Source of the DNA: Carcharhinus amblyrhynchos
Lineage: Eukaryota
Length of the DNA: 64,000 nt
Reading direction: 5' to 3'
Assembly (NCBI GenBank): GCA_965287045.1
Contig: OZ336874.1
Span: 59,210,001 to 59,274,000, forward strand
Positions 15,491 to 29,597 of this stretch are shown one piece after another; within the stretch, counting starts at the first letter, position 1, and each line of letters opens with the position of its first letter. Position numbers and translations under genes: made by a program. The notes under the pieces were generated by a model. It saw only the letters and a list, made by a program, of their open reading frames with translations, was not told the DNA's origin and did not search any database.

Positions 15491-16190
15491 CAGTATAATG
15501 TGTTTGTTTATGCTAAGAGTAACTGCAACACCTTAGTGCCATTGAACTAAATAAAAGAATGCAGAACACAACTTTGAGTCTTTACAAATATACATGAAGC
15601 ATATCCGATAACTTTTTCGACCATAAAGCTTCTGTTTTATAGCTGTGCCGGCATCACATTGTTTTCCACCAACATTTATGTGGGTGGTGCTAGCTAAACC
15701 AGGCATGGTCTGCTATGGTTCCTAATGATGAAACTTTTTAAACAGAAATAACATAAAGGTGAGCCTTGAAGATTTCAAGTGCTGGGGCTATAATTATTTG
15801 GCAGCTTGTTCCATTGTAGGATTGCCCTTAGGAACAAAGATTGCTGATACATTGTCTTGGAAACAAATGGTCTTGGTAGTTGGTGTGGAGGTCTCTCTCT
15901 TGTTTTATCATTACTGGAGAGAAGTAACTTGTTTCTGTCAATTTTCACCTGTCCTTTCCATTTTATAGAACATGGCCAGTCAATTTCTCTCCTGCCTTTG
16001 CTATAGTGATTCCCATTCCAAATGTAACGTTGGTATATTTCCTAAATCAATTGATGCAGAATCGATAGCACATGTCTGGATTGTTTCAATCTTATTTTGC
16101 TGCAATAGTTTATATTTATTTGACATTCAGGAACCACTTCAAGTTTGCATTCTTTGTTTAGTTATCTGAAGCTCTTATTTTACTGTCTTA

Positions 16191-16448
<258 letters not shown>

Positions 16449-16919
16449 TCAATTTTATACATTAGAAGAAATAGCCACCCTTTAAAAGATTGGTAAGGGA
16501 CATTATTCAAAGCTTTCCTAAAAGCCCAAGTATGTTACACGGAAACATTGTTGAACTTTCATCATAGAGGCAGGAAGTAGGTCAGGAATTCATATCCAGA
16601 GGGAAACTGATTGAAGTTTAGAATTTCGGGTAGGGATGGAGATGGGTTCCCTGTCCATTTACTGTCAGTAAAGGTTGAAACAGAAGTGGGTTTGATTAAA
16701 TGTGGGACTCTTAGACACCCATGTCAGCCAACACTAAGGCTGCTGATTGCCCTATAGAAGAAATCTGTAGTTTGTACTAAAGCTTTCCACTGCATCAGAA
16801 GGATGAAAGATATCACAGGAGAATCAGAGGCCTGGCACATGGGCTATGTTAGCCCAGCATTTCATTCTAGTGCTGCAGGTAGTGACAGAGAAAAGGAGGT
16901 CCTCTTCCTAGAGGATGGC

Positions 16920-17390
16920 AGGAAGGGGGTCACCTCATTTGTAGCGGGGGCACCTCTCCATTCAGTGTGAATTCCCTCTGTCTCCACTTTCACCTCCTGC
17001 TCGTTCCCTACTGAGCTGTCATCTTCCAGGGCCTCATTGTCCACACCTCTCTGAAGGATCATGTTATGGAGCACACGGCAGACCACCACAATAACTGGGA
17101 CCTTTCAACAGTATTAGAGGAAAGCACCCAACTGGTCCAGGCACCATAACTGCATCTTCAGAATGCCATTAGTTGTCAAAAAGAACAAGTGGCTTTGGTC
17201 ATATCACTTTTGTGCCTCTATATGGAGCCCCACAGAGGGGTAAGTAGCTCTCTTTTCAAGGAGTACCCCTTATCTCTGAGGATCTATCTAGCCATGTACG
17301 TTGGGATCAGGGTGAAGATCAGAGGCAGCCTGGGCTGGCAGAGGATGAAAGATTCATGGCAACTGCCAGGAAAACAAACACATAGATAGG
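16920..17390 (-). mobile_element. PIF/Harbinger transposase relic, C-terminal half
   Basis: FPGSCHESFIL, LRDKGYSLKRELLTPL and VVCRVLHNMILQRG resemble the HARBI1-type PGS.HDS, GD.GYPL...TP and ..C..LHN motifs. Confidence 0.8.
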
Positions 17391-17394
17391 ACTG

Positions 17395-17398
<4 letters not shown>

Positions 17399-17454
<56 letters not shown>
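17399..17454. repeat. (TG)n microsatellite
   Basis: About 28 perfect TG units. Confidence 0.99.
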
Positions 17455-17455
<1 letters not shown>

Positions 17456-17604
17456 GGCGGGGGGGCAGCAGGTAGCCTTTCCAATGCCTATCTGACTACC
17501 TCGACCTGTCTGAAATTTTACAGGGTGTGGGAAAAGTGTCAGGCAGCCCACCAATCATTGAGCCTGTGGAGGTTATTAAATGGTCAATTAATATCACAAA
17601 GAAT

Positions 17605-19505
17605 GACAAAGAAGTTGATAAAGAAGGGTAGGATAAACTATGAAGCTGGGCTAGCGCTTAATATAAAAAAGGATAGCAAGAGTTTTTATAAATACATAAA
17701 AAGGAAGAGGCTGGCTAGGGTGAACGTTGGACCCTTAGAGGATGAGAAGGGGGACTTAGTGGTAGGGGATGGGGAAATGGCTGAGGCTTGAATAACTTTT
17801 TTGTTTCGGTCTTCACGGAGGAGGACGTGAATAATTTGCCAGGTGTTAGTGATGGAAAGATGGTAGGAGTGGAGGGCCTGAATGACATTATTGTTACTAG
17901 AGAGGCGGTGCTCGACAGACTGGAGGGACTGATTGTAGACAAGTCCCCAGGACCAGATGGAATGCATCCAAGGGTTCTGAAGGAAACGGCAGAGGTGATA
18001 GTGGATGCCTTGGTGATTATTTTCCAAACGTCGCTGGATTCCGGGGAAGTGCCGGAAGATTGGAAAACGGCTAATGTTACGCCGTTGTTTAAGACGGGTG
18101 GCAGGCAAAAGGCGGGGAATTATAGGCCGGTTAGTTTAATGTCTGTTGTAGGTAAAATGTTAGAATCCGTGATCAAGGAGAAAATAGCGAGGCATCTTGA
18201 GGAGAATTGTTTGGTAGAGCAGACGCAGCACGGTTTCGTTAAGGGGAAGTCGTGTCTGATGAACTTATTGGAGTTCTATGAGGATGTGTCTAGGGCGGTG
18301 GATAGAGGAGAGCCGGTGGATGTGGTCTTTCTTGATTTTTAGAAGGCGTTTGACAAGGTGCCTCACAAGAGGTTATTGCAAAAGGTCAGGGGGCATGGAG
18401 TTGGGGGTAGGCTGTTTGCGTGGATAGAGGATTGGCTGTCAAATAGGAGGCAGAGAGTGGGGGTCAATGGGTGCTATTCGGATTGGCAGTTGGTGACTAG
18501 TGGAGTGCCCCAGGGGTCGGTGCTGGGGCCTCAGCTATTCATCATTTATATAGATGATCTGGAGGAGGGAACAGAGTGTATGGTGTCGAAATTTGCTGAT
18601 GACACCAAGATTGGTGGAACGGCAAATTGTGCGGAGGGTGTGGAGAGTCTGCAGAAGGATCCAGATAGGCTGGGCGAATGGGCCAGGAACTGGCAAATGG
18701 AATTTAATGTTGGCAAATGTGAGGTTGTCCACTTTTGTAGGAATAATGGTAGGAAGGACTATTACTTATGTGGCGAAAAACTGCAGCATGCGACGGTGCA
18801 GAGGGACCTCGGGGTCCTTGTGCATGAGTCGCAAAAACCCAGCCTGCAGGTGGTCAGGAAGGCAAATGGGATGCTGGCCTTCATAGCGAGGGGGATTGAA
18901 TATAAAAGTAGGGAGGTCTTGCTGCAGCTGTACAGGGCACTGGTGAGGCCGCAGCTGCAGTACCGTGTGCAGTTTTGGTCGCCGCACTTACGCAAGGATA
19001 TTTTGGCCTTGGAGGGAGTGCAGAGGAGGTTTACTAGGCTTATTCCGGAGTTGAGGGGGTTGAACTATGAGGAGAGGCTGAATAAACTAGGCTTGTACTC
19101 GTTAGAGTTTAGAAGAACGAGGGGAGATCTCATTGAGACGTATAAGATATTGAATGGGATGGATAGGATAGAGGTGGAGAGGCTCTTCCCTCTCAGAAAG
19201 GACTACAGGGCACAGCCTCAGGATAAAGGGGGGGCGGTTTAGAACAGAGTTGAGGAGGAACTTCTTCACTCAAAGGGTGGTGAATCTCTGGAATTCTCTG
19301 CTCATTGAAGTGGTGGAGGCTGCCTCGCTCAATATTTTTAAGACACAGGTTAATAGGTTTTTGATAGGCAAGGGGATTAAGGGTTATGGGGAAAGGGCGG
19401 GAATGTGGAACTGAGCCACGACAGATCAGCCATGATTTTATTGAATGGCGGGGCAGGCTCGAGGGGCTAGATGGCCTACCCCTGCTCCTATTTCTTATGT
19501 TCTTA
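17605..19505 (+). mobile_element. Young 5'-truncated CR1-clade LINE (ORF2 reverse transcriptase plus 3' UTR)
   Basis: ORFs 17788..18342 and 18358..19242 with KSPGPDG, NYRPVSL, QHGF, LDF.KAFD, GVPQGSVLGP and KFADD; few lesions; CpG-rich; tail cctatttcttatgttctta. Confidence 0.97.
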
Positions 19506-20379
19506 GGGCTTTAATCCTCTCCCATTGGTATTTTACCTATTGCAAGAGCTGGACCAAGCCAGGCCCAGCAGATTTAATTGTGCAGGCTGGTGTCAAATAA
19601 GGGGTGATTGGGATTGGGGTTGGGAGTCGATAGGGGGGATTGCCTTTGTGGGTCCCTGGCCCCCAACAAGGGGTTCTCCCCATTAACCCTGCTCACAACT
19701 TCTTGAACTCAGCCTCCCACTCCCTTCACTGAGTTTTCTGATGCCAGACTTACCCTGCATTCCTCGGCATGGTTGGTCTGCTTGTAATCTCAGTTGCCTC
19801 TGCTGGACCTATAGAGATACCAGCCATCTAACTGGTCAGTAGATCTCCAATGCAAGACTTCTTCCTGCAAAAGTGGCATCTCACCTTAAAGCAATTAACA
19901 CTGCTCCCAATGTTAAATTGCTGCAGGGCCATCACTGTGGACAGGTGCTGCACTGACTTATTAACTGGGGGGTTATTGGCCACAGAGCCAGCAAAAACCA
20001 GGCCGCGGAGGAAACTCTTGCTGTGGTCACAGAGCACTTAGATAATGATGGAATGGTCGCCCTTCCTGATGAAGAATTTCACTGGCCAGTCATTGGCTGC
20101 CCAGTTGGCCACATGGGCACATTATGATGTCTTGTATCGGGGGACATTCAGCAATGGAGACAAAACTCAATGCCCCCTATTAAGATCATTAATAGAATAT
20201 GGTGGAGAAATAATACAATAGTTTGTCTTTTACTTTCAGCAAGTTTACACCATACAACTCAGCAGAGTTACAAATTCCTCATGATTCACCAAACCCCAAT
20301 TGTTATGGCTCTGTCCATTTATACTCCTCTGCTGGCTGAGCCAATGATCCATTGCCTGTCTTCAACAATGCAATTAGCT

Positions 20380-20790
20380 AACAGTGTAATTGTGAAAGCA
20401 CGCAATTGCTGATACATTAATACCCCCTGTCTCTGTAAGATTGTGCCTGTCTTTAAATGAAAGAGGACATCTGTGACCAGTGGAATGCAGTGGTGTACAA
20501 ATGGTACCAATATCTGCTGCTGATCCTTGAATTTCTTTGCTTCTGGCTTCTTTCAAGTGCACAGAAACTTTGACAGTGATGGACAGGGCACAGCAACCTA
20601 CAGGGTATAGTGCTGCAAGTCTTCAGTGATGAGGGCACAGATCTTAATGACCATTTGCCTAAAGAGTCATTGTCCCTTAAGGCACTGGGTCACAGTCACC
20701 TACAGATAATTCAGTCTTCAGCAGTGGATCTTCCATTGAGGATCTGGATTCTGCACCATTCTGCCCCTTTTTCAATTTTCATATCCTCCT
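20380..20790 (-). mobile_element. PIF/Harbinger transposase relic, N-terminal half
   Basis: Fragments ICALITEDLQ, VHHCIPLVTDVLF and a QGV.. catalytic-region remnant. Confidence 0.6.
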
Positions 20791-21997
20791 AATGCCCAAG
20801 ACTCTTCCTTTCCTGCAGAGCATTCTGACATCTGTTAGTCATTTCCCCATTACCGGCAGGAGGTTTCCTTCTGAGCAGCTGGCTGCCTAATGAACTTGGC
20901 AATGTGTTCTTTGCACATCTTCCCACTTGTAGCCTGGTTGGGCATTCTGATCATTCAAATCTCAGATACTGACAGGGATTCTCCCTGTCCCTTCAATAAT
21001 ATATAATGAGGCTTGGTTGAGAGAGTCATTAGAATAATGGAACAACTGTTCCCCAGAAGAAACATTGTTTGATTTGACAGCTCAGGCTCTCTAATCTCTG
21101 CTTTCAATTTCATGACTTCTTTTTATACAAGTGGCTTCCAGGGTTTGTGGTTTTTGAAACTTCAAAGGACCTGGATAATTGACACTTACATTAGCTTGTA
21201 CATCTGACATTTTCCAAACATGGGGAAAAGTTCTTAACAAATGACATTTTTCCCCCAAGGACTTTATTCAAATTACACATCCTACTTTACATTATAAAGT
21301 TCACTCATTCGACTACGTGTACAATGGATCAATGGGCACGAAGGTAGGGCCATAAGGAGTCCTTGGGGGTGGGTGGAAGGTCAGAGCTTGGGATAGGGGA
21401 ATGAGGGATTATGGGAGTGGATAGAAGGGCAGTGTTTGGCATGGACGTGGCATAAGGATATGAGGGTGGTTATAAGAGCAGAGCTGGGTAGAGGGATGTC
21501 AGATCATGGGGGCATGTAGGCCCATGAGGCATGGGTGGCAGGACAGAGCTTAGCACTGCAGCATGAGGGACATGGAGGTTGGTGGAAGGGCAGAGCTTGG
21601 CTTAGGGAGCATGGGGGAGAATGGTACAACTTGGGAAAGAGGGTATGAAAGGTTCTTCGAACTTACCTTTTAAATGGTCCCTTCATATAAACTAAGGTTT
21701 GTGACTCCTCTAAGAGCGTGTCTTTCCATGAAGATTGCGAAGGAATAGGAGATACCTATAATGGAGCTAGTCATGTCTTCAGTGCCCAATGCAAGCTTTT
21801 GACAGGAAGCAGCCCACATCTTTAAAAGGCACAGCCCAGGTATCCTGGAATCACACCTGCCATTTTTTAAAAGATCTCCTGAGTCAAACCGATTTGGTGA
21901 AAACCCAGACCTATGTACCCTGTATTGGAGCTCGAATCCATGACGTACAAACTCAGAATGGTTATACTAACTGAGCCATACTTAAACTTTTAGCTAT

Positions 21998-22256
21998 GGG
22001 TGGCACAGCAGTTAGCACTGTTGCCTAACAGTGCCAGGGATCCGGATTCAATTCCCAGCTTGGGGCACTGCCTGTGTGGAGCTTGCATGTTCTCCCCATG
22101 TCTGCATGGGTTTCCTCCAGGTGCTCCTGTTTCCTCCCATTGTCTGAAAAACGTGCTGGTTAGGTACATTGACTGGAAGAGGCGCCAGAGTGTGGTGACT
22201 AGGGGGACGTCACAGTAACTTCATTGCAGTGCAAATGTAAGCCTTACTTGTGACTA
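21998..22256 (+). mobile_element. tRNA-derived V-SINE
   Basis: Same head and V-domain; tail gtaacttcattgcagtg..atgtaagcc. Confidence 0.88.
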
Positions 22257-22467
22257 ATCTCTGCCCGTTGAAGTGGTGGAGGCTGCCTCGCTAAATATTT
22301 TTAAGATGCGGGTTGATGGGTTTTTGATAAGAGAGGGGATTAAGGGTTATGGGGAGAGGGCGGGAATGTGGAACTGAGCCACGACAGATCAGCCATGATC
22401 TTATTGAATGGCGGGGCAGGCTCAAAGAGCCAGATGGCCTACTCCTGCTCCTATTTCTTATGTTCTT
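22257..22467 (+). mobile_element. CR1 3'-end fragment inserted in a SINE tail; same subfamily as 19295-19505
   Basis: Near-identical to the 3' end of the young CR1. Confidence 0.9.
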
Positions 22468-22628
22468 AATCAAGAAACTTTAAAAAAAGGTTAAAACTGC
22501 ATTGTGCATCTGAAGTTTTTAATTTTTATTTTAAACAATTAACCTCCTGCCTGTTTGACTCTTCAAACATGCACAACACAAATTACAAGCAGCAGCATTC
22601 AGATTTTCTGGAACATTTTCAATTCCTA

Positions 22629-22877
<249 letters not shown>

Positions 22878-24717
22878 CTATTAAGATAGAAGTCATTAAG
22901 CAATTGCTTACATGAAAAAGGCAAATAAAATATGGTCTCCAGAATAAATAAGCGATTTAATCTATGTTAACTATTTCTACGTAATATATTTAAAGATAAA
23001 ATGAAATGCATTGGGATTTTACTATTAAATAATTTTGAAATTAAATTACACACCCAGTGTAATCAAACGTGTCATCAGAATTATCATCCAAAGTTAGGGG
23101 TTTCATATTATGAATGTTTACTCCACTCATCAGAAATTTTGAAAAATAGAGCATCTTTCCTGATAGTTGTATCTCTTTTAAGTGAAACTAATGGATAAAC
23201 ATAGATTTAGTTATATTAATGAGAACTATAATAACCAAATAAATAATCAGCAGATAAAACCCAAGACTAGCATACATAACTGTAATCTATGTGCTATAAT
23301 TTGAGGAAATGCATCAAAGTGAACAGCCAAATCCCAAGATTAAAAACTAATCTTAAACCTGCTCCTGTTAAACATGGTTTAATATTTTCCAGCTTATAAA
23401 TACACCAGCACCAAATTGTCATATAGGTGGAGAACTAACATTGCGGCTAAACTCCTTCCATTCCTTAATGCTGTCTCCTAATGGTTTTCTTGCTATAAAG
23501 CTGTGGGCTGAATTGGCTGGCAGTTGTCTGAGGTGAGGATTCCTGTCCCTGAGGACAGTTGATGGATGATGATTCAAGATGATGGATTCCCCATGCCCTT
23601 GATTAAAATGTCAGGGAACACAGTGCCAATGAGTCATTGAAGGACTGGAGATGGGATTTCTGTCCCTCAGGGACTAAGAGGGTAGCATCTCCCACCAGCA
23701 GTTAAATCCTGGTGGTATGTAGCCATTACTTAAGGATATCAAGTGCCCCACTGGCAACTAGGCTGCGCACACCACTCCTACCACTATAAAACTACACTGT
23801 GGGGGAGGGTGATGGTGGTGCGGGGGGAAGCAAGCAGGTCCTCCACCTTCAAACCCATTGGTGGACAGCCTAAAATCCAGTACTATATCTAGTACTTCCT
23901 TATACAAAGCTCAAGTGATAATGACAGCTGTTTCACTAAATAGCTGATGAGATTTCATAAGCAGATAAGAAGTCAAAGGAGAGATGGGACACATTGAGGC
24001 ATTGGTGGCTCCCATCTTGAACGTGAAAGAGAGGTAATAGAGGAGGTCATAAATTAATAATTTTCCCGATTTGTTACTGAAGACATGAAAATGCAATTGT
24101 AGGACTACCTGATGAGCATTTGGAAAAGCACAACAATGAAACTGTATTAGAAAAAATAATGACACTAAGAAAGTTGCCACATCCAATATAGAATCATAGA
24201 ATCCCTACAGTGTAGGGGGAGGCCATCAAATCCATCTCAGTACACTGATAAAGGAGTCTGGGGAGGAAATGGCCCTAATCAGAATTTCCCCCCAAAATTT
24301 TGAAAACAGAATTGTACAAAAATGGGAGTGTTGGGCGTGGAAAAGAGTACTCTTACTTTTTGTTTAACTGTTAATTATACCGTGATACACAAAAAATTGA
24401 GAACATTTCAAATGGCTGACTTAGTATGGTCTTAACTGTTGATAAGAACCAAGATTACTGCTGTTAAAATGAACAGTAACAAGTACTGAAATGAAAACTA
24501 AAGTTATAAAACATTTTGTCTTAATTGCTGCAAGAATTTGCAGTCTTAACATGCCTAATCTGGAAGCATTATAAAAAAGGGGAGAATGTAAAAGCAAAAC
24601 TTCCTCTCGGCGTCTGTCAAAGTAGGCGAGGCATACTGTGACACCAAAGTTTGAAGCACAAATGCTGAGAACTACTATGCGTGAGGGATAGAGATTTGAA
24701 CCCAAAACAGCTTAGTT

Positions 24718-24850
24718 AAAAGCAAAATACAATGAATGCTGGAATCTGAAACAAAAATCAATTGCTGGAAAATCTCAGCAGATCTGACAGCGTCTGTGGA
24801 GAGGGAATGGAGCCAACGTTCTGAGTCTGCTTAACCCCTCATTACAGCTA
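24718..24850 (-). mobile_element. Terminal fragment of a second repeat family, probably Penelope-like; related copy at 3202-3290 (+)
   Basis: Shared cacaga.gctgtcaga...gattttccagca...tttttgtttcagattccagca...gtattttgctttt between the two loci. Confidence 0.55.
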
Positions 24851-24974
24851 AGTTTCTGATATCAGGTTGTCAGCTCCAGGAAGGCACTGGCAGGCCACCT
24901 GGCAGCAAGTTAACCACCAATTCAGAAGCAGAGATAATTGGGCCAAGTGGGATATTTTGACAAAGGAAGAAAAT

Positions 24975-25405
24975 AGCTTACTTTTATGTAGCATCTTGTA
25001 GCTATTATAGCATTATTAAGCACGGACAATTAAATACTTTGAAATATTGTAAATTATATAATGTGGAAATACACAAAAGCCAATTTGACCACAAACATTA
25101 AGATAAATGAACAGATAAATCAATTTTTTTCTCTTGTTGGCCGAAGTACAAATGTATTCAGGGAACCAGGGCACTTGTCCTGAAAATGGTATGTGATTTT
25201 AGTTTTTGTTTCCCCATCCAAGTGAAGGGAAGTAAGGGGGAACCTCAATTTAATGACATCCAAGGAACTTCCAACACAGTAGAACTCCCACAGTACTACA
25301 CTGATACGTAAAACTAGATTAGGTGCTGAGACCTCTGGAGCGGTTTTTGAATCCTCAAACTTTCCAACTCTGATTCTAAGGGTGCTCCGACTGGACCAAA
25401 GGTGG
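24975..25405 (-). mobile_element. Old Deu-domain SINE (SacSINE1/AmnSINE1-like); weaker relic at 6490-6650
   Basis: Antisense cctcaatttaatgacatcc...actcccacagtactacactg...gtgctgagacctctggag...tgaatcc pattern resembles the recalled Deu-SINE consensus. Confidence 0.55.
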
Positions 25406-26317
25406 TTATAGAGAAAAAAAAAATTCAATGTTGCTAAGTTGACTAAATTTACTGTGAGAACTTAATTTGGAATAATAAAGTATACAAATTAGTAGAACAT
25501 GTTATTCATATTGGTCAGTTCTCATTATGCCAACGGGATCAGAAATGAAAAATATCCTACTTTAGTTTAATTAATAGCAGCTGTCTGAAGGAGGCAGGAC
25601 TGATTTCTCTAGCAGGAGAGTTCTTGGCCAATGAGGCAGCCAGTTGAAATTTAGGAACATGGAATCAGAGTATCTTGGGTGCATTATGGCACTAAAAGAG
25701 CAAGCATATGGAGATCATCCACCTGAAAAGAATTGTTTAACTAAAGGCGGAGGGTTATTCCATTTTGGAATAACTTCCGGATGCCACACACCAGACAAGT
25801 CATTTGTTGCAGCAAACAACTGATAATTGTATACAAGCATTTTCATTGCCAACGGGACTCTATGCAAATTATGATGTCAACATCGCGTTCAAACCACGTG
25901 AAGCACGTGGAAAAATCTGTGGTGATTGTCAGGGGATGTTTTGTCATGATAGACATGAGTATCTTTTACACTGCTGATGACCACATCTAATTCAAGTTTT
26001 GCAAATCAGTGTAAATAAAAATGTTGTTTTTCACTTTTGTTGATTTTTTTATTCCTGTATTGGGATTTTATTCCACCCTAGTTTCCTTGGTCACCATTCA
26101 TAACGGAAACACAATCAATTCAGTGCAATAAAAAAATGAACAGTTTTTGCATGCCATTCAATGATTAAGAATTTTATATTCCATTTCAACATGCATCATG
26201 CAATGAAAGAAGTGTCAACTTTCAACGTGCAAAAAGCTTTCGTCTCCTGAATGACACATATATTTCTACATAAGTGAGGCACACATTCCAAAATTTCTTC
26301 CTCACCCAGCTATCTTA

Positions 26318-26614
<297 letters not shown>

Positions 26615-28133
26615 TTAGGAAACTGCTACATTAGTCAGCACATTTTTTCTGCTGCTCTGTTTTATTGCAAAAATGTTCCAATAAAGCTAATATTCTGTAA
26701 TACATTAGCATGGTCTGGATTTAAATTTTAATGATAACAATCTATTCAAAATATTGAAGTTAGAATTGAAATATTTTAGCTTTATTTAGTTATATTTTTA
26801 TTGGTCAGTAAGCTGTTTAATTGGCACAGAAGCCAATGCCTCATCCAAATGTTTACAAGTCAAGCTCTCAAGAAAATTACATTCATATCTAGAGTTTCTA
26901 TTTGCCAAATGGAATACATCCTCTACTCTATAGAAACACATTCCACTAACTGAAAGCCAAGGCTGAGGGGCCACCAAATATGAACAGGGTATTGCTGGAG
27001 TTTAACTGGCTATCAGCACATAATTTGTGAATTCCAAAATCTACTTTCTAATCATTGTTGTCAGGGATCACTCTACCCATTGAAGCATTGTCTTGTAAAG
27101 TTATCTGGTGCTGTGCATGAAAAACACTGGCCCCACAATGATAGGTTTGTTCCTACAATATGCATTGGTGAGCCAGGCAAACTGGGTGTGTCATTAATAG
27201 TATCTTGTAGTATTGCTTTTGTATAAATATTGAAGGTTCATTTTGGAACTACACTAACTCTACTGATACCTCTCTCACCTGTTGATGAGGTCAGTCACTA
27301 GTTGTCCATTTGACAAATGACAAATGGAAGTTTACACCATCATTAGATGGGCACCAAGTATAAGGGAACCTCATGAACAACATGAAGAGGTATACAACTC
27401 GCCACAAGGCATACACATGCAGTGCTACCACCCACCTGACATGCATTCTCTACTGAAAAGAATCCACCAGTGAACCCAAGGCATGTTAATGCATGTTCTC
27501 ATACCCAACCTTCTGTTAATACTTTCAAGTAGCTGTATTCCCAAAGAATCACTTATTGTGCAACTGACATTAGCTTTTAAGTGGAAGGACTGATGAAGGG
27601 CAGTTTGGATCATGCCAGCAAGCCAGAGTTTTAAAAGGTCCACATGCCCTTAGCAATCTACTAACTGTGCAAAGACACTTCTATCCCAATGTGCACAACA
27701 TATAAAAACGTCAGCAGTACTTAGAACAATCAAAATGGTAATTTCAAGTACACTGGATGACAACCATGCAAGATGCCTTGAATAAAGGTCATGCATAGAA
27801 TTCTAAGTATCGATGATTGTTTATGTTTTGACTTTGGTAACACCTTCAATACTTCCCAAATTGGCAAAGAGCAGCAAGATCCCAAACAAGTGATGGTTTC
27901 ACTGCACTGCCAGGATAGTAGAATGGCATCAGCTGTTGCTTCTTCTCATTTGAATTTCATAGCAGACAACACTTAAAAGATCAATATCACCATGTGACGT
28001 GCAGAACTCAGAAAAGCACACAATTCATCATTCTGTGGCTTTATGCTCTCCATTTGCCTCTTTTCCACTAAAACATCATTTTTTTTCCCTCATGCTTCAT
28101 TGTTGATAAGCAAAATGATCATTATAGACTTAC

Positions 28134-28207
28134 GGCTTTCCACCGGGAATGCCACTTAGATTTGGTGGAATCCCAGGTACGCGTATATGATGTGGATCAA
28201 ACCCAAC
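28134..28207 (-). CDS. TLE4: TLE4 coding exon (approx. exon 14), 74 nt: VGFDPHHIRVPGIPPNLSGIPGGKP
   Basis: Hand translation; acceptor tttttag, donor gtaagt; phase 0-2. Confidence 0.95.
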
Positions 28208-28489
28208 CTAAAAAACACCAGAACTAAATCAGAATTGAATTGGCACATTTTAACAAAAACAGTAAACTTAGTTTTATTTTTTTAACGAAGTGTCTCTGGG
28301 GGTCGGATTTAATTAGCCTGATGCGAGTCTCATCCACTGGTCAGAAAACAATGGGGCATGTCTAAATGGTATACGGACACGCAACTGGCCACCACTTGGC
28401 CTTTCAGTGCCCCCAACCCCTTCCCGATGCCCAGTCCCTTACCAGGTTTTCTGGGCAGCCTTTTGGAGGCACGGGAAATTACAGAAAGC

Positions 28490-29597
28490 ATTCAAAAAGG
28501 TGTCACACAAAAGGCTGCTGCATAAGATAAAGGTGCATGAAATTACAGGTAATGTATTAGCATGAACAGAGGATTGGTTAACTAAGAAAAGGAAAGAGTA
28601 GGGATAAATGGACATTTTTCTGGTTGGTGATCAGTGACTAGTGGTGTGCCTCAGGGATCAGTGTCAGAACCACAATTGTTTACAATTTACATAAATGGTT
28701 TGGAGTTGGGGACCAAGTGTAGTGTGTCAGAGTTCGCAGATTACACGAAGGTGAGTGGTACAGCAAAGTGTGCAGAGGATGATGAAAGTATGCAAAGGGA
28801 TACAGATAGTCTAACTGAGTGGGCAAGGGTCTGGCAGATGGAATACAATGTTGGTAAATGTGAGGTCATCCATTTTGGCAGCAATAGCAGCAAAATGGGC
28901 TATTATTTAAATGGTTAAAAATTGCAGCATGCAGCTGTGCAGAGGGACCTGGGTGTCCTTGTTCACGAATCACAAAAAGTTGGTTTTCAGGTGCAGCAAG
29001 TAATTAAGAAGGCAAATGGAATTTTGTTGCTAGAGTGATGGAGTTTAAAACAGGGAGGTTATGTTGCAGCTGGAATACTGTGTACAGTTTTGGTCTCCTT
29101 ACTTGAGAAAGGATATATTGGCACTGGAGGGGGTGCAGAGGAGATTCACTAGGCTGATTCCAGAGTTGAGAGGGTTGGCTTATGAGGAGCGACTAAGTAG
29201 ACTGGGATTATACTCATTGGAATTTAGAAGAATGAGTGGGGAATCTTATAGAAACATATAAGATTATGAAGGGAATAGATACGATAGAAGCAGGGAGGTT
29301 GTTTCTACTGGCAGGTGAAACTAGAACTAGGGGCACAGCCTCAAAATAAGAGGGAGCAGACCTAGGATTGAGTTGAGGAGGAATTTCTTCAACAAAGGGT
29401 TGTGAATCTGTGGAATTCCCAGCCCAGTGAAGCAGTTGAGGCTACCTCATTAAATGGTTTGAAGACAAAGATAGATAGTTTTTGAACAGTAAAGGAAGTA
29501 AGGGTTATGGTGAGAGGACGGGTAAGTGGAGCTGAGTCCACAAAAAAGGTCAGTTCTGATTTTATTGAATGGCTGAGCAGACTCGAGGGGCCAGACA
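28490..29597 (+). mobile_element. CR1 LINE 3' portion, decayed
   Basis: ORFs 28634..28918 (TSGVPQGSV, FADY) and 29061..29261 (LEYCVQFWSPYLRKD). Confidence 0.93.

Noticed and set aside
17284-17600. ORFs with THTHTH or CVCVCV runs
   Set aside because: Produced by the (TG)n microsatellite
25871-25985. C/D-box snoRNA-like motifs (atgatgt...ctga)
   Set aside because: Imperfect C box, no terminal stem, and antisense to the host gene
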